From contig OY782041.1 in assembly GCA_963677595.1 (NCBI GenBank), forward strand, positions 2,336,001 through 2,400,000: a stretch of DNA of 64,000 bases, read 5' to 3'. The first letter of the stretch is position 1; the number at the start of each line of letters is the position of its first letter. The notes below the pieces were generated by a model, which saw only the letters and a list, made by a program, of their open reading frames with translations, had not been told where the DNA came from and ran no database searches. The position numbers and the translations under genes were made by a program. Below are positions 21,217 through 30,693 of the stretch, one piece after another. Origin of the DNA: Spirochaetia bacterium. Its GTDB lineage: Bacteria > Spirochaetota > Spirochaetia > CAKZLE01.

Positions 21217-22905
21217 ATGGGAATCAGAAATAAGAAGGACAGTACGCTGTTTACCGCATTTCATGTGCTGCTCCTGCTGGCTGTTGCTGTCGTCCTGATC
21301 ATTTCCCTGAAGTTCGATGCGGGATTGCAGATCGCGCCGCTGTATGAGGGGGGGGAGGTAACACTTGACTCTTCCTGGACCCTGTACGAAGGGGATCTCC
21401 TCATAGATGAGAATATATCTCTGCCCTATAAGATCAGTGGTTCGGTACGCGGCAGGACCTTCTCAGTCTCTCGAACGCTCCCTCAGAGCTTGCCGAACGG
21501 CAATACCAGCTTCTCGGTAGAGACCAACCTGTCCACCCTGAAGATCCTGCTGGACGGCAGGGCCATCTACTCCTTCTCCGGGGATTCGACCCCTTGGGGC
21601 AAGCCGGTACTCGGTGGCGGGTTCGTCCATTTTGTTCGGCTCCCTGAAGGTGCGGCGGGGCAGGAGATTTCGATGGTCATGCAAAGCTACTCAAGCAGCC
21701 CGTTCGCTGGAAGCATCCAGGCCCCTGTCCTGGGAACCCGATCTGACCAGTTGCTCTACCAGCTTCGGGAACTTCCATCTCTCGCTTTCGGTTTTCTCTT
21801 CCTCTTTACCGGCATCGTCTGTGTTCTTACCTCCCTTGCGCTTAAGCGGGGGAAGGAGCGGAACAGTGTATGGCATTTCGGCTGGCTCGAGATTGCTTTG
21901 GGGTTGTGGGTATCGACGCAGAGCTGCACGAGACTGATCATCATAAGGAACCCAGTGCTGCCGTTGAATTTCAGTTATATCGCCCTGTTCATGCTCCCAT
22001 TCATCCTTGTCAGGTATGTCCGTTCTTCCTACACGGTGATCAACCGACTTCTCAGGCCGTTCATCGTCGTATCAGACCTGTTCCTCCTTGCCTACGCGGG
22101 AGGCGGAATTGCCCAGTACCTGGGGCTCTTCGGCTTCTCTGATATGCTGCTGTATGGCGGGATGGGGCTGGTCCTGTTCCTCATCATGCTCTTTGTTGTG
22201 CTGCTCGTCGATTTTATTCGTGGGAACAGGGAGTTGCTTTCGTTCCTTCTTGCTATCGGGGTGTTGTTCCTGACCGTCCTTGCAGAAGAGAGCCTGCTGC
22301 TGATGTCCATCGTGCTTGAGAATGCCGATATCCTCCATGGGGGCATGAGTCTGTGCGGAGTGATCCTTCTCACCCACAGCGCCAGGGTGGTCGCAAAGGG
22401 GCGAAAAACCGATATCAGGGAGAAGATGCTCCTTGATCTTGCTTTTACCGACTCCCTCACCGGGATGAGCAATCGTACCGCGTATGAGCAACGTATTGAG
22501 GAACTCGCTGCAGCAAACGGGTTTACAGCGGTCACCGGTGTGCTCATGATCGATGTGAATGACCTTAAGCAGATCAATGATTCCCTCGGCCATGCGATGG
22601 GGGACAAGGTGCTGCAGGCTGCAGCCATAAAGATCACCGAGCTGGTCCCGGAAGAGAGCACGGTGTACCGGATCGGGGGCGATGAGTTCATGGTGTTCAT
22701 TCCGTCCGTCACCAATGAGCAGCTTTCTCTTCTTGGCAGTCTCATCGAGTCTCAGTCCCCGGCAGTCGATGGGTACCGGTACTCCATGGCATGCGGTATG
22801 TCGCTGTATCGGCGCGAAAGGGTTAAGCCAATCACAGACGTGATAGCAGAGGCTGACACAGCCATGTACTCTTGCAAAGCAAGGATGAAGCAATCAAGAG
22901 CCTGA
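21217..22905 (+). CDS. Membrane-bound diguanylate cyclase (GGDEF)
   Basis: Periplasmic domain plus about 7 TM; TDSLTG, NDSLGH, RIGGDEF; ATG at 21217 after GGAGG. Confidence 0.9.
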   Translation: MGIRNKKDSTLFTAFHVLLLLAVAVVLIISLKFDAGLQIAPLYEGGEVTLDSSWTLYEGDLLIDENISLPYKISGSVRGRTFSVSRTLPQSLPNGNTSFSVETNLSTLKILLDGRAIYSFSGDSTPWGKPVLGGGFVHFVRLPEGAAGQEISMVMQSYSSSPFAGSIQAPVLGTRSDQLLYQLRELPSLAFGFLFLFTGIVCVLTSLALKRGKERNSVWHFGWLEIALGLWVSTQSCTRLIIIRNPVLPLNFSYIALFMLPFILVRYVRSSYTVINRLLRPFIVVSDLFLLAYAGGGIAQYLGLFGFSDMLLYGGMGLVLFLIMLFVVLLVDFIRGNRELLSFLLAIGVLFLTVLAEESLLLMSIVLENADILHGGMSLCGVILLTHSARVVAKGRKTDIREKMLLDLAFTDSLTGMSNRTAYEQRIEELAAANGFTAVTGVLMIDVNDLKQINDSLGHAMGDKVLQAAAIKITELVPEESTVYRIGGDEFMVFIPSVTNEQLSLLGSLIESQSPAVDGYRYSMACGMSLYRRERVKPITDVIAEADTAMYSCKARMKQSRA

Positions 22906-22921
22906 CAAGGGATATGATGGA

Positions 22922-23071
22922 TACGGTTGGTTAAAATTAAAGAATCTGTACGGTTGAAATTAAAGAATATGTACGGTTGAAATTGAAGAATATGTACGGT
23001 TGAAATTGAAGAATATGTACGGTTGAAATTGAAGAATATGTACGGTTGAAATTGAAGAATATGTACGGTTG
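22922..23071 (+). repeat. 23-bp tandem repeat (TACGGTTGAAATTGAAGAATATG, about 6 copies) overlapping a promoter
   Basis: Units at 22949, 22972, 22995, 23018, 23041 plus degenerate flanks; TTGAAG-N17-TATATT at 23052-23080. Confidence 0.95.
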
Positions 23072-23098
23072 TGGTATATTGAAGAGGAAGGACCGGCT

Positions 23099-24376
23099 AT
23101 GAATGAGAAAGAATATATCCCTCGAGTACTAGATGCCCAGGTGCAGCGATACCTCGATGTGTTCGGGGCAATCTGTATTGAAGGCCCCAAATGGTGCGGT
23201 AAGACCATGACCTCCCAGCATCATAGTGAGAGCAGCTTCTTTGTGGGAGACCCGGCAAGGGCGTTCAATAACCGGACCATGGCTATGATGGATCCTGCCG
23301 TGGTCCTTAACGGGGCTGTTCCCCGTATGCTGGATGAATGGCAGGAAGTACCCTCCCTGTGGGATGCTGTTCGTTATGCCGTTGATGAACGGGGAGGCCC
23401 GGGGCAATTCATTCTGACTGGTTCCTCGACTCCAGTCCAGAAGGGAATCCTCCACAGCGGGGCAGGAAGGATTGCGCGGATCCGTATGAGACCGATGTCC
23501 CTGTTCGAATCCGGGGATTCGACCGGACAGGTCTCACTGGGTGCTCTGTTCAGACAGGAATCGGTCTCTGCAATCACTGGTGAAGTATCCCTGGAAAGAT
23601 TGATCCAATACATAATCAGGGGAGGGTGGCCACAGACCATAAGGGCAGACTTCAGTCTTGCCCGCTTGACCCCAAAGGAGTATATCAGGGCGATTCTTGC
23701 TGATGATCTTTCACGGTTGGATGGGGTAAGAAGGGATATGCAAAAAGTTAGCCTGCTGCTCAGGTCTCTGGCCAGGAACGAGAGTACTACTGTCTCGAAT
23801 AGAACACTGGTAAAGGATATCAAGGACCATGGAGATGGGAGCCTGCATATCGGGACCGTAGCCGAGTATCTCAGCCTGTTCGATAGATTGTTCCTGACAG
23901 ATAACCAGAAGCCATTCAGTCCCAATGTTCGTTCTACCGTACGGATCAGACAGGCTGAGAAACGACATCTGGCCGATCCGTCTCTTGCATGTGCCGTATT
24001 GGGGATCACCCAGGGGGCACTCCTGCAGGACCTGAGGACTCTGGGCTTCCTGTTTGAAGCATTGTGTGAGCGAGATCTTGCTGTCTATGCCCAAGCTCAT
24101 GGGTCTGAGCTATACCATTACCAGGATTATGCAGGGAGAGAGATCGATGCGGTGATCGAACTTCAGGATGGCAACTGGGGAGCCTTTGAGATAAAGCTTG
24201 GTGCAAACCAGATCGATGAGGCTGCCAAGAACCTGATATCCCTGTATCGGTCATTCGCAGAGGCTCCTGTGGGGCGACCGCCTCAGTTCTTGTGTGTGAT
24301 CTGCGGGTTATCGAATGCTGCCTACAGGAGACCTGACGGGGTATATGTTGTCCCGATCACTGCGCTGAAGGATTAA
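23099..24376 (+). CDS. AAA_14 ATPase with DUF4143 domain
   Basis: GPKWCGKT, LDEWQ, LTGS, KRHLADPSL, EID..FEIKLG. Confidence 0.9.
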   Translation: MNEKEYIPRVLDAQVQRYLDVFGAICIEGPKWCGKTMTSQHHSESSFFVGDPARAFNNRTMAMMDPAVVLNGAVPRMLDEWQEVPSLWDAVRYAVDERGGPGQFILTGSSTPVQKGILHSGAGRIARIRMRPMSLFESGDSTGQVSLGALFRQESVSAITGEVSLERLIQYIIRGGWPQTIRADFSLARLTPKEYIRAILADDLSRLDGVRRDMQKVSLLLRSLARNESTTVSNRTLVKDIKDHGDGSLHIGTVAEYLSLFDRLFLTDNQKPFSPNVRSTVRIRQAEKRHLADPSLACAVLGITQGALLQDLRTLGFLFEALCERDLAVYAQAHGSELYHYQDYAGREIDAVIELQDGNWGAFEIKLGANQIDEAAKNLISLYRSFAEAPVGRPPQFLCVICGLSNAAYRRPDGVYVVPITALKD

Positions 24377-24389
24377 GGCCGTATAGACA

Positions 24390-24425
24390 AAGAAGCTGAC
24401 CTGTGGTGTACAAGTCAGCTTCTTC
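24390..24425. terminator. Bidirectional intrinsic terminator
   Basis: aagaagctgac...gtcagcttctt inverted repeat between convergent genes. Confidence 0.7.
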
Positions 24426-24476
24426 TTAGCATAAGAACGGTATCTTCATCCGGTATTCACCGGCTGAGGATGATGA

Positions 24477-25220
24477 TTACTTTCTCGGTACTGCGGTGAG
24501 TACACCAGCGATCTTGAGCATGTCGCCGTCCAGGGTGACCTGGAGGTCGCCGTCCCAGTAGTACAGGGAGTCAGCGTCTGCACTGATTGACTGTACATCT
24601 GATGCCCATACCTTGGCGTAGTCTACGCCTGCTGCGGTGCCGTCAGCACTGAACTGGCTCTCGATCTCGCTCGTTGAACCGATCTTCCTGCTGCTGGTGG
24701 TGGTCTCAGGCAGTGAGAGGACACCCTTTGAGTCAGTCACGAACTTGTAAGCTGATCCTCGGTGGCAGTACTGGATGGTGATGGTCCCGTCAGCAGCCTT
24801 GTCAGCGATGAGGTTGTCACCCAGCGTCTGTGATCCGGGGTTGTTACCGAAGAGCAGCAGTCCTCGAAGGGCTGAAGTCATGGTTGCCTTAGCCTCGATA
24901 TCATAGAGGGCCATCATGAACAGGTGGGTTGACCCGGCAGCGGAAGCACCGGAGACTGCATCGTACTTGTCCTCTGCAGCCATGTATCGGACGTTGGTCT
25001 TCCAGTTGAAGTAGTTGTCCGTGTCAGAACCTGCCAGGTTGACCTGGTAGTCGATGGTGAGGTCCTCAGACCCATCTGAGACCGGTGCTGCAGGTGCAGC
25101 TGCTGCCGGTGCGGCTGCGGGAGCAGCTGCCGCGGGAGCTTCTTCTTTCTTTGCCGAGCATGAGACCATGCCGAACGCGATGATCGTTACGATCACACAT
25201 AACACTAACACTCTTTTCAT
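24477..25220 (-). CDS. Lipoprotein of unknown function
   Basis: Signal peptide with MVSC lipobox followed by an Ala/Pro-rich tether. Confidence 0.8.
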   Translation of the reverse strand: MKRVLVLCVIVTIIAFGMVSCSAKKEEAPAAAAPAAAPAAAAPAAPVSDGSEDLTIDYQVNLAGSDTDNYFNWKTNVRYMAAEDKYDAVSGASAAGSTHLFMMALYDIEAKATMTSALRGLLLFGNNPGSQTLGDNLIADKAADGTITIQYCHRGSAYKFVTDSKGVLSLPETTTSSRKIGSTSEIESQFSADGTAAGVDYAKVWASDVQSISADADSLYYWDGDLQVTLDGDMLKIAGVLTAVPRK

Positions 25221-25479
25221 ATCTCTCTCTCCTTATCGTATCCCGATCCTGACCGGGAGTTTGATACTGGTACATGTAGTGGAGTCCATGACTCCGTATT
25301 GTTATTGTTACAGATTTTCTAATAATATTCAAGAAAAAGTTACAAAAATAGTAAGTGTTTTATTAATGTGAATCATTGGTATATTAATTCTTCATATAGC
25401 GCGTTAAACATAGCATGCGACAGCTATAAACCTGGGTTCAGGATAACACAGGAAACCTGACTCAGGGTGACCCTGTCTT

Positions 25480-26412
25480 TCAACTGCACTCATACACCGG
25501 GTCGGCAGCCTCCTTCGTATGCGCGGTCACCTCGAAGGTGCAGTCTGAGTATGCATGGCTGCTTCTGCTGTCCTTACCGAACCGGACGGTATCGCCTGTA
25601 AACTCGATGACCAGGGGGACCGTCACCGTCGTCAGGTCCGAACAGAGACCCGCCTTCTCTGAGGGAGTATACAAGAATCGGTTTCCCGAAGGGTCGGTGA
25701 CCCGTATGGCACTGGTCGTGGTACTCAAGGCCGTTACCCTGCCTGTTTCGTCGAACTTCAGGGAGTTTACGTCCCCCACGATACCCAGGGGGTCATTGTC
25801 ATAGGCGTAGATAGTCCCGATCCGTGTCTCGACCGGTAACGGCCCTGCAGGTTCGACTGACCTCACAGCCCCGTCCTCATAGAAGGAGATCCCCACCCTG
25901 GCCTGAAGCCTGCCAGCAGGGGTAGCAGCCTCGATGGTCTCCCCGGGCCAGAGGGTCAGGCTCCTGATGCTGCCGCCTGGGAAGAACGTGATGCTGATCA
26001 CCCTGGCCTCTACCGGCCCGGAAGGGAGCTGCAGGGCAAGGTCCTCAGCCAGGCTGTATTCATCCTGCTCTCCCCAGTAGCCGCTGAGCTTCCCGTTGAG
26101 GGGGAAGAGCTTCTTCACGGACCCGTCATCATGGAAGATGACCATCTCCGCTGACAGTCTCCCGTATCGTGTCGTTATATAAGAGGCATCCTGCAGCGGC
26201 ACCTTCCTGAGGTTCCCGTTCGTATAGAACGTGACCGGCTTCAGGGCCTGCCTGCCGTGCTCCTCGACGGTGTACTGGGGGATGATGACTCCTGCAGGTG
26301 TATCTATCTCGAAGTGCCCGGTGAATACCACCGATGACGGCTGGCCGGACGGGAAGGTCTCGAGGTTCTGGTAGTCCTCTATGTTCCCATATTTGGTTCT
26401 CAGCATATGCAT
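25480..26412 (-). CDS. Conserved hypothetical protein with repeated F-Y-x-x-G beta-hairpin (MORN-like) motifs
   Basis: 310-aa ORF with GGAGG RBS; FYTNG, FHDDG, FFPGG, FYEDG repeats. Confidence 0.65.
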   Translation of the reverse strand: MHMLRTKYGNIEDYQNLETFPSGQPSSVVFTGHFEIDTPAGVIIPQYTVEEHGRQALKPVTFYTNGNLRKVPLQDASYITTRYGRLSAEMVIFHDDGSVKKLFPLNGKLSGYWGEQDEYSLAEDLALQLPSGPVEARVISITFFPGGSIRSLTLWPGETIEAATPAGRLQARVGISFYEDGAVRSVEPAGPLPVETRIGTIYAYDNDPLGIVGDVNSLKFDETGRVTALSTTTSAIRVTDPSGNRFLYTPSEKAGLCSDLTTVTVPLVIEFTGDTVRFGKDSRSSHAYSDCTFEVTAHTKEAADPVYECS

Positions 26413-26607
26413 GTTCCTCCAACACAGGGGATCCTGCTCTCATCAGGTCGTGAAAGCTCCCCGTCGGTATTGATGAACGGCGGGGATCTCCTGCCGCTCC
26501 AACGCACACTGCTTCGGGTGCAGTATAGCCTAATCGGGGGATTAGGGACAGCGCAGCGGCAGGGGTTTGACTGAATATGGTATACTATGGACAGATGAGG
26601 AGCTCAT

Positions 26608-26943
26608 ATGCATGAAGTAGTACAGGTAATACCGCAAGATGACGTTGCTGCGAATATGGTGATCCCTGAAGACTTCAAAGAAGATGTTGATCTCGCCGTC
26701 GGGTATCTGAGAACGTTGGCAGTGGCCGAGATGTACCTTTTTGGGTCTGTGGTGCATGGTACCCAGACAGCAGCATCTGATCTGGATATTGCCGTCCGTG
26801 GCATTGATCCCCTGGATTTCTTCCTGGCGGTTGCTGAGCTCCAAGGCCTGCTTGCGCATGGGATCGATCTCATCAACCTTGATTTCAGGGACGAATTCAC
26901 TGAACAGCTGGAGCTGTCAGGAGAGCTCCAGCGTATCTTTTGA
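26608..26943 (+). CDS. Minimal nucleotidyltransferase (MNT, antitoxin-like)
   Basis: YLFGSVVHG...SDLDIAV and IDLI motifs; true start may be 26656. Confidence 0.82.
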   Translation: MHEVVQVIPQDDVAANMVIPEDFKEDVDLAVGYLRTLAVAEMYLFGSVVHGTQTAASDLDIAVRGIDPLDFFLAVAELQGLLAHGIDLINLDFRDEFTEQLELSGELQRIF

Positions 26944-26944
26944 G

Positions 26945-28288
26945 TTACTGGCTTTCCAGGAGGAACCTCCAGGCAGGGACCACTTCTATCCGGTATGCTC
27001 CCCTTTCCAGGCTCTCTTCGGTGTTGGAGGTGATGATAACCGAAGAGTCTATCCCGTATTCTTCCATCGCTTCCCAGAGCGCGGTCGTCTCGCGTTCACG
27101 GGTCTCAGTTTCACCCATCTCATAGCAGACCTGGTAGAGGCTGACAGCCATCCTGTCTTCTACGGTCTCGGTTCGTGATACGGTGATGAAGTCGATCTCT
27201 TTCCCGCTCTTTGTCTTCCCGTAGTAGATCTGGTCGGTTTCGTGACGAAGATGGATGAATACGATGTTCTCGAGGATCTTCCCTTTATCAGGAGTCAGCC
27301 TGTCAGTCACTGACAGGGCCAGCGCATGGTCTGCACAATAGATCTTTTTAGGATTCGTTGCACGCACAGCGGTGTTCATGCTGAATATCTCCACACTGTA
27401 CAGCAGATAGGCATCTTCGAAATATCTTATTACCTGGCCTATCATGGCTATGGACATCTTATACCGTTCTCCCGCCATTCGCTGTTTCAGTTTGGTGAAG
27501 GAAGCAAGCCCTGACATCTGGTTCAGGCACATCTGCATGAGACGCCGTACTTCGCTGGCATGCTTCAGCCCGTACCGCTGGAGGACATCCCGGAAGACAA
27601 CGGCATCTGCGAGATTCTGCAAATACCGGATCCTTGTCTGCTTTTCCTGCATTTGGGCTGCTTCAGGCATCCCGCCAACCTCCATATATTCGGAGAACCA
27701 AGATCTGTAGAAATGGATGTCGGTACTGGAGATCAGCTCCGGTCTGGGAAGTTCCCGTTGATCCTGTTTTAGCGTGATGTATTCAGCAAACGAGAACGGG
27801 AACAGTTCCCATGCAAGACTTCGCCCCCCGTATTCGGTGGAGATCTCCTTGATGAGCAGTTTGGCTGAGGAGCCGGTAATATTGATCTCGCAGTCCAGGG
27901 TTCTCTGAAGACGATTAACGAATAGTTCCCAATGATGGAGATACTGGATCTCATCAAAGAAGAAGTAGATCTTCTCAGCTGTCTTTTCCGGGAACAGATC
28001 AAAATATACTTCCGAGACCAGTCCCGGTTCCATAGTCCTGAATCCGAAAAGACGATCATCCGAGAAATCGATGATACAGAAATTCTCCTTTGCCGTTCCC
28101 TGTGCGAGCAGTTCCTGCATATAGAGGAGCTGGTATATTGATTTCCCGCATCTCCTGATTCCCGTGATGATCGTTGCTTTGCGTGGTATGTGCTCTACCT
28201 GCAGCCTGCGTGGAATATATCCCTGATTGGTTATCGAATCCTGGTTGTCGAGGATTATCATTCGCAGGTTTCTTTCAAGATCGTTCAT
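26945..28288 (-). CDS. AAA_14 ATPase with DUF4143 domain
   Basis: GIRRCGKS, FFDEIQ, ITGSS, PKKIYCAD, EIDF; ATG at 28288 below a TTGACG-N17-TACAAT promoter. Confidence 0.9.
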   Translation of the reverse strand: MNDLERNLRMIILDNQDSITNQGYIPRRLQVEHIPRKATIITGIRRCGKSIYQLLYMQELLAQGTAKENFCIIDFSDDRLFGFRTMEPGLVSEVYFDLFPEKTAEKIYFFFDEIQYLHHWELFVNRLQRTLDCEINITGSSAKLLIKEISTEYGGRSLAWELFPFSFAEYITLKQDQRELPRPELISSTDIHFYRSWFSEYMEVGGMPEAAQMQEKQTRIRYLQNLADAVVFRDVLQRYGLKHASEVRRLMQMCLNQMSGLASFTKLKQRMAGERYKMSIAMIGQVIRYFEDAYLLYSVEIFSMNTAVRATNPKKIYCADHALALSVTDRLTPDKGKILENIVFIHLRHETDQIYYGKTKSGKEIDFITVSRTETVEDRMAVSLYQVCYEMGETETRERETTALWEAMEEYGIDSSVIITSNTEESLERGAYRIEVVPAWRFLLESQ

Positions 28289-28323
28289 GTTGACCCCTCT
28301 TGTGATTGTAACCCCGGAAACCA

Positions 28324-28416
28324 AAACCGTCAATGTTACGTGTATGGATATACCGTAAACCGTACATATAGGATTAACGGTTTTGCTTGAAACCGTTAAA
28401 GTGAAATGTACGGTTT
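28324..28416. promoter_or_regulatory. Phased inverted-repeat operators AAACCGT-N13-ACGGTTT
   Basis: Full copies at 28357-28383 and 28390-28416; half copy at 28324 overlapping the -35; 33-bp period. Confidence 0.7.
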
Positions 28417-28519
28417 TTAAAGAAGGGAATCGCCTTCAATGCTACACACTCACATGGTCTCAATTCAAACAGCGGTAGGTGGAGGTGGGGTATGATTCGA
28501 TTGCGACAACAGGAAAACG

Positions 28520-29011
28520 CTAGTAGAATCGGGCTCCGGTCCTGCGAAGGAATGTGTAGGTGTCGATGTACGTGACGTCGAATACCTGACAGATATTCGG
28601 GATCTTCACCTTTTTCGCCCCAAGACCGACTGGTGCCTCCTGGGTGACAACGGTGAGATCCTGCACAGCTGCATACGAGATCACCCAGGCATCAGCTTTC
28701 TTGAGAAAGACCGCGGAGTTCTTTGCATCATAGGAACGGGTAACGTAATCAGCTATTTTCGAGAACCTGACTTGAACTTCAGAATCGGGGTCTTGGAACA
28801 AACCTGATAACTTCCTCTCCTTGACCCAGTGAGAAAGAAAGTCGTCTGCTTTATTGTCGTTGAGTTCCTTATAGACAAATGAAGGTGAGATGATACGTTG
28901 TTCTTCAACCAGATGGTCCAGCCAGTTCCAGAACCCGGGGACGATGTCATGGGCATACTCAAAGCGGTGTGACTGAATATAGACATTGGAATCAAGGCAA
29001 TAGGTGATCAC
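28520..29011 (-). CDS. DUF4411-family PIN-like protein
   Basis: YCLDSNVYI, FWNWL, ADAWVI, VVTQE, KIPNIC. Confidence 0.85.
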   Translation of the reverse strand: MITYCLDSNVYIQSHRFEYAHDIVPGFWNWLDHLVEEQRIISPSFVYKELNDNKADDFLSHWVKERKLSGLFQDPDSEVQVRFSKIADYVTRSYDAKNSAVFLKKADAWVISYAAVQDLTVVTQEAPVGLGAKKVKIPNICQVFDVTYIDTYTFLRRTGARFY

Positions 29012-30180
29012 GGGAAGCTCCGCATATCGATAAGCTTGTATACGACCGGAACACTCACACTCAGCAGATCAGCTGCATCCCGATAGAGCAGCCTTCGTTC
29101 CTTGATGCTCGAGATCACCGCATCGGTAAAGGATCTTCCGGTTTTTGCGAAGAATGTGTTATAGAAGTTGCCGCCGGAACTGCCTGCTGCTCTCGGTTTC
29201 TCAAGGTTGACATTCTCTTCAAGCATCTGATCATAGAGCTCGAAGAAGCTTTTCCTTGTAATCACTTTCGTTTCCAATAATCTTCTCATGACAACGATCG
29301 TGCTGATCTTGAAATCCTTGGATAGTTGAATGATCTGCTGGTAGTCTATTGCCGGAGATTTCTTTGGTAAGAGCGATTCAGGAGCCAGTAATTCGGCAGC
29401 AATCCGGTTACAGGTTCTTTCCAGGTCCTGAACATCATCAAGCTCCTGGTCATCGGGGTTCAGATTCGATATCCCGCTCTTGCCGAACCACAGGTGAGCA
29501 AGTTCATGGGCAAGTGTGAAGATCTGCCCTGCATAGCAGTCATTGGAATTGATGAAGATGTAGGGACTGTACTCATCGCAGAGGGCAAAACCACGGAATT
29601 CAGAGATGCTCAACTTGCGGTGAGTATTGTTCCCTACAACACCGCTCCTGATAACCGTGATTCCCGCTTGCTCGCAGATATCAATGATGGTTCTGAGGTA
29701 ATCAGGTCTGGAATTGACAGTGGAGAAGAGGTTCTCAGGCCAATCCAGAGTTTTTCGAATATCTGCAGCAATAGTATGAACAGGGTCTGTAAGGCTGAAC
29801 GATCCGATACACCTGAGAGGGGATTTCTCCTCCTCTTTACTATAGGCCGAATACCATTCCTGCTGCCGAAGGACGATGTTGATCATATCACGTAGATCAA
29901 TGCTCGCATCCTGGAATCGCAGATCTTTGATGGTTCGGAAGTCCGTAATAGGCAGTTCGTCGGCTTTGGGAGGAGTGGATAGATAGAGGTATCCGAATGG
30001 GATCTTGAGGATACGGCCGATATCCAACGCCTGATTGATGGTGGGGAAGGCTTCTCCGGTTTCCCAGGATTGATACTTATCAATATTGACGTGTATTTTA
30101 TCTGCTACGACCTGTTGAGGTACATCTAATCTTGTTCTTCCCCATCTGATGATCTCAGGGTTGATATAAGCAGTTGCCAT
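29008..30180 (-). CDS. XRE-HTH plus ImmA/IrrE zinc metallopeptidase
   Basis: N-terminal HTH; FRGF, FTLAHELAH (HExxH), E..CN.IAAELL. Confidence 0.9.
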   Translation of the reverse strand: MATAYINPEIIRWGRTRLDVPQQVVADKIHVNIDKYQSWETGEAFPTINQALDIGRILKIPFGYLYLSTPPKADELPITDFRTIKDLRFQDASIDLRDMINIVLRQQEWYSAYSKEEEKSPLRCIGSFSLTDPVHTIAADIRKTLDWPENLFSTVNSRPDYLRTIIDICEQAGITVIRSGVVGNNTHRKLSISEFRGFALCDEYSPYIFINSNDCYAGQIFTLAHELAHLWFGKSGISNLNPDDQELDDVQDLERTCNRIAAELLAPESLLPKKSPAIDYQQIIQLSKDFKISTIVVMRRLLETKVITRKSFFELYDQMLEENVNLEKPRAAGSSGGNFYNTFFAKTGRSFTDAVISSIKERRLLYRDAADLLSVSVPVVYKLIDMRSFP

Positions 30181-30361
30181 TACTCTTACCTTACTAAAAT
30201 CCTTCTTTCCTTCAGTATATCATCTATCGGATCCACGTGAACGGTTAATTTAAAGTTTCCGATATCTCTTGAATGTATGAGAAAGCAGAAGCTTCTTCAA
30301 GGCTCGAAACGGTAAATGAGGGAGGAGGGTGATCTCTTGTTTGCCGTGCACTCTAAAACCA

Positions 30362-30521
30362 TTGACTTCTATACTTCACCACGCATACAATTCCATCATG
30401 CTGGATAGAGTACCCGCCTGCGAGCGGTTAAAAACAGCATAGGACACGCCGTATGTTCGGGCGTGCTCTGGGTGCATGACGATTTCGTTCTTTAAACGAG
30501 AGCAGTCATGCACCCTTCTTT
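30362..30521 (+). ncRNA. Putative structured RNA unit 1 (promoter, motif B, terminator)
   Basis: TTGACT-N18-TACAAT; stem ATGCTG/CAGCAT enclosing CCGC/GCGG; terminator gggtgcatgac...gtcatgcaccc-ttcttt. Confidence 0.6.
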
Positions 30522-30523
30522 GA

Positions 30524-30685
30524 TTGACATCCTCCTGTCTCTGGGATGATAATACTGTTGTACCGGTGAAGTGACTGGGACTGCGGGCCTAGGAAGTACC
30601 CGGCACGAAGGACCGGACAGAGTACCCGTTATCATGCGGAATAAAAACGGTTCTTGTTTGGGACGCGCTCTTCGGAGCGCGTTTC
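30524..30685 (+). ncRNA. Putative structured RNA unit 2 (promoter, motif A, motif B, UUCG hairpin)
   Basis: TTGACA-N18-GATAAT; motif A at 30560-30606; motif B at 30608-30655; gacgcgctc-TTCG-gagcgcgtt hairpin. Confidence 0.6.
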
Positions 30686-30693
30686 AACGAATA

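Noticed and set aside
22922-23071. Possible CRISPR array
   Set aside because: Units are contiguous with no unique spacers, and there is no cas operon nearby
25084-25140. GCA/GCT-rich repeat
   Set aside because: Simply encodes the Ala/Pro linker of the lipoprotein
26420-26540. Riboswitch upstream of the 310-aa hypothetical gene
   Set aside because: Two hairpins are visible but match no consensus I recognise; needs cmscan
30398-30442. 14-aa leader peptide MLDRVPACERLKTA
   Set aside because: The second copy of the same motif (30608-30655) keeps the pairing but not the start codon or frame, favouring RNA structure; not fully excluded
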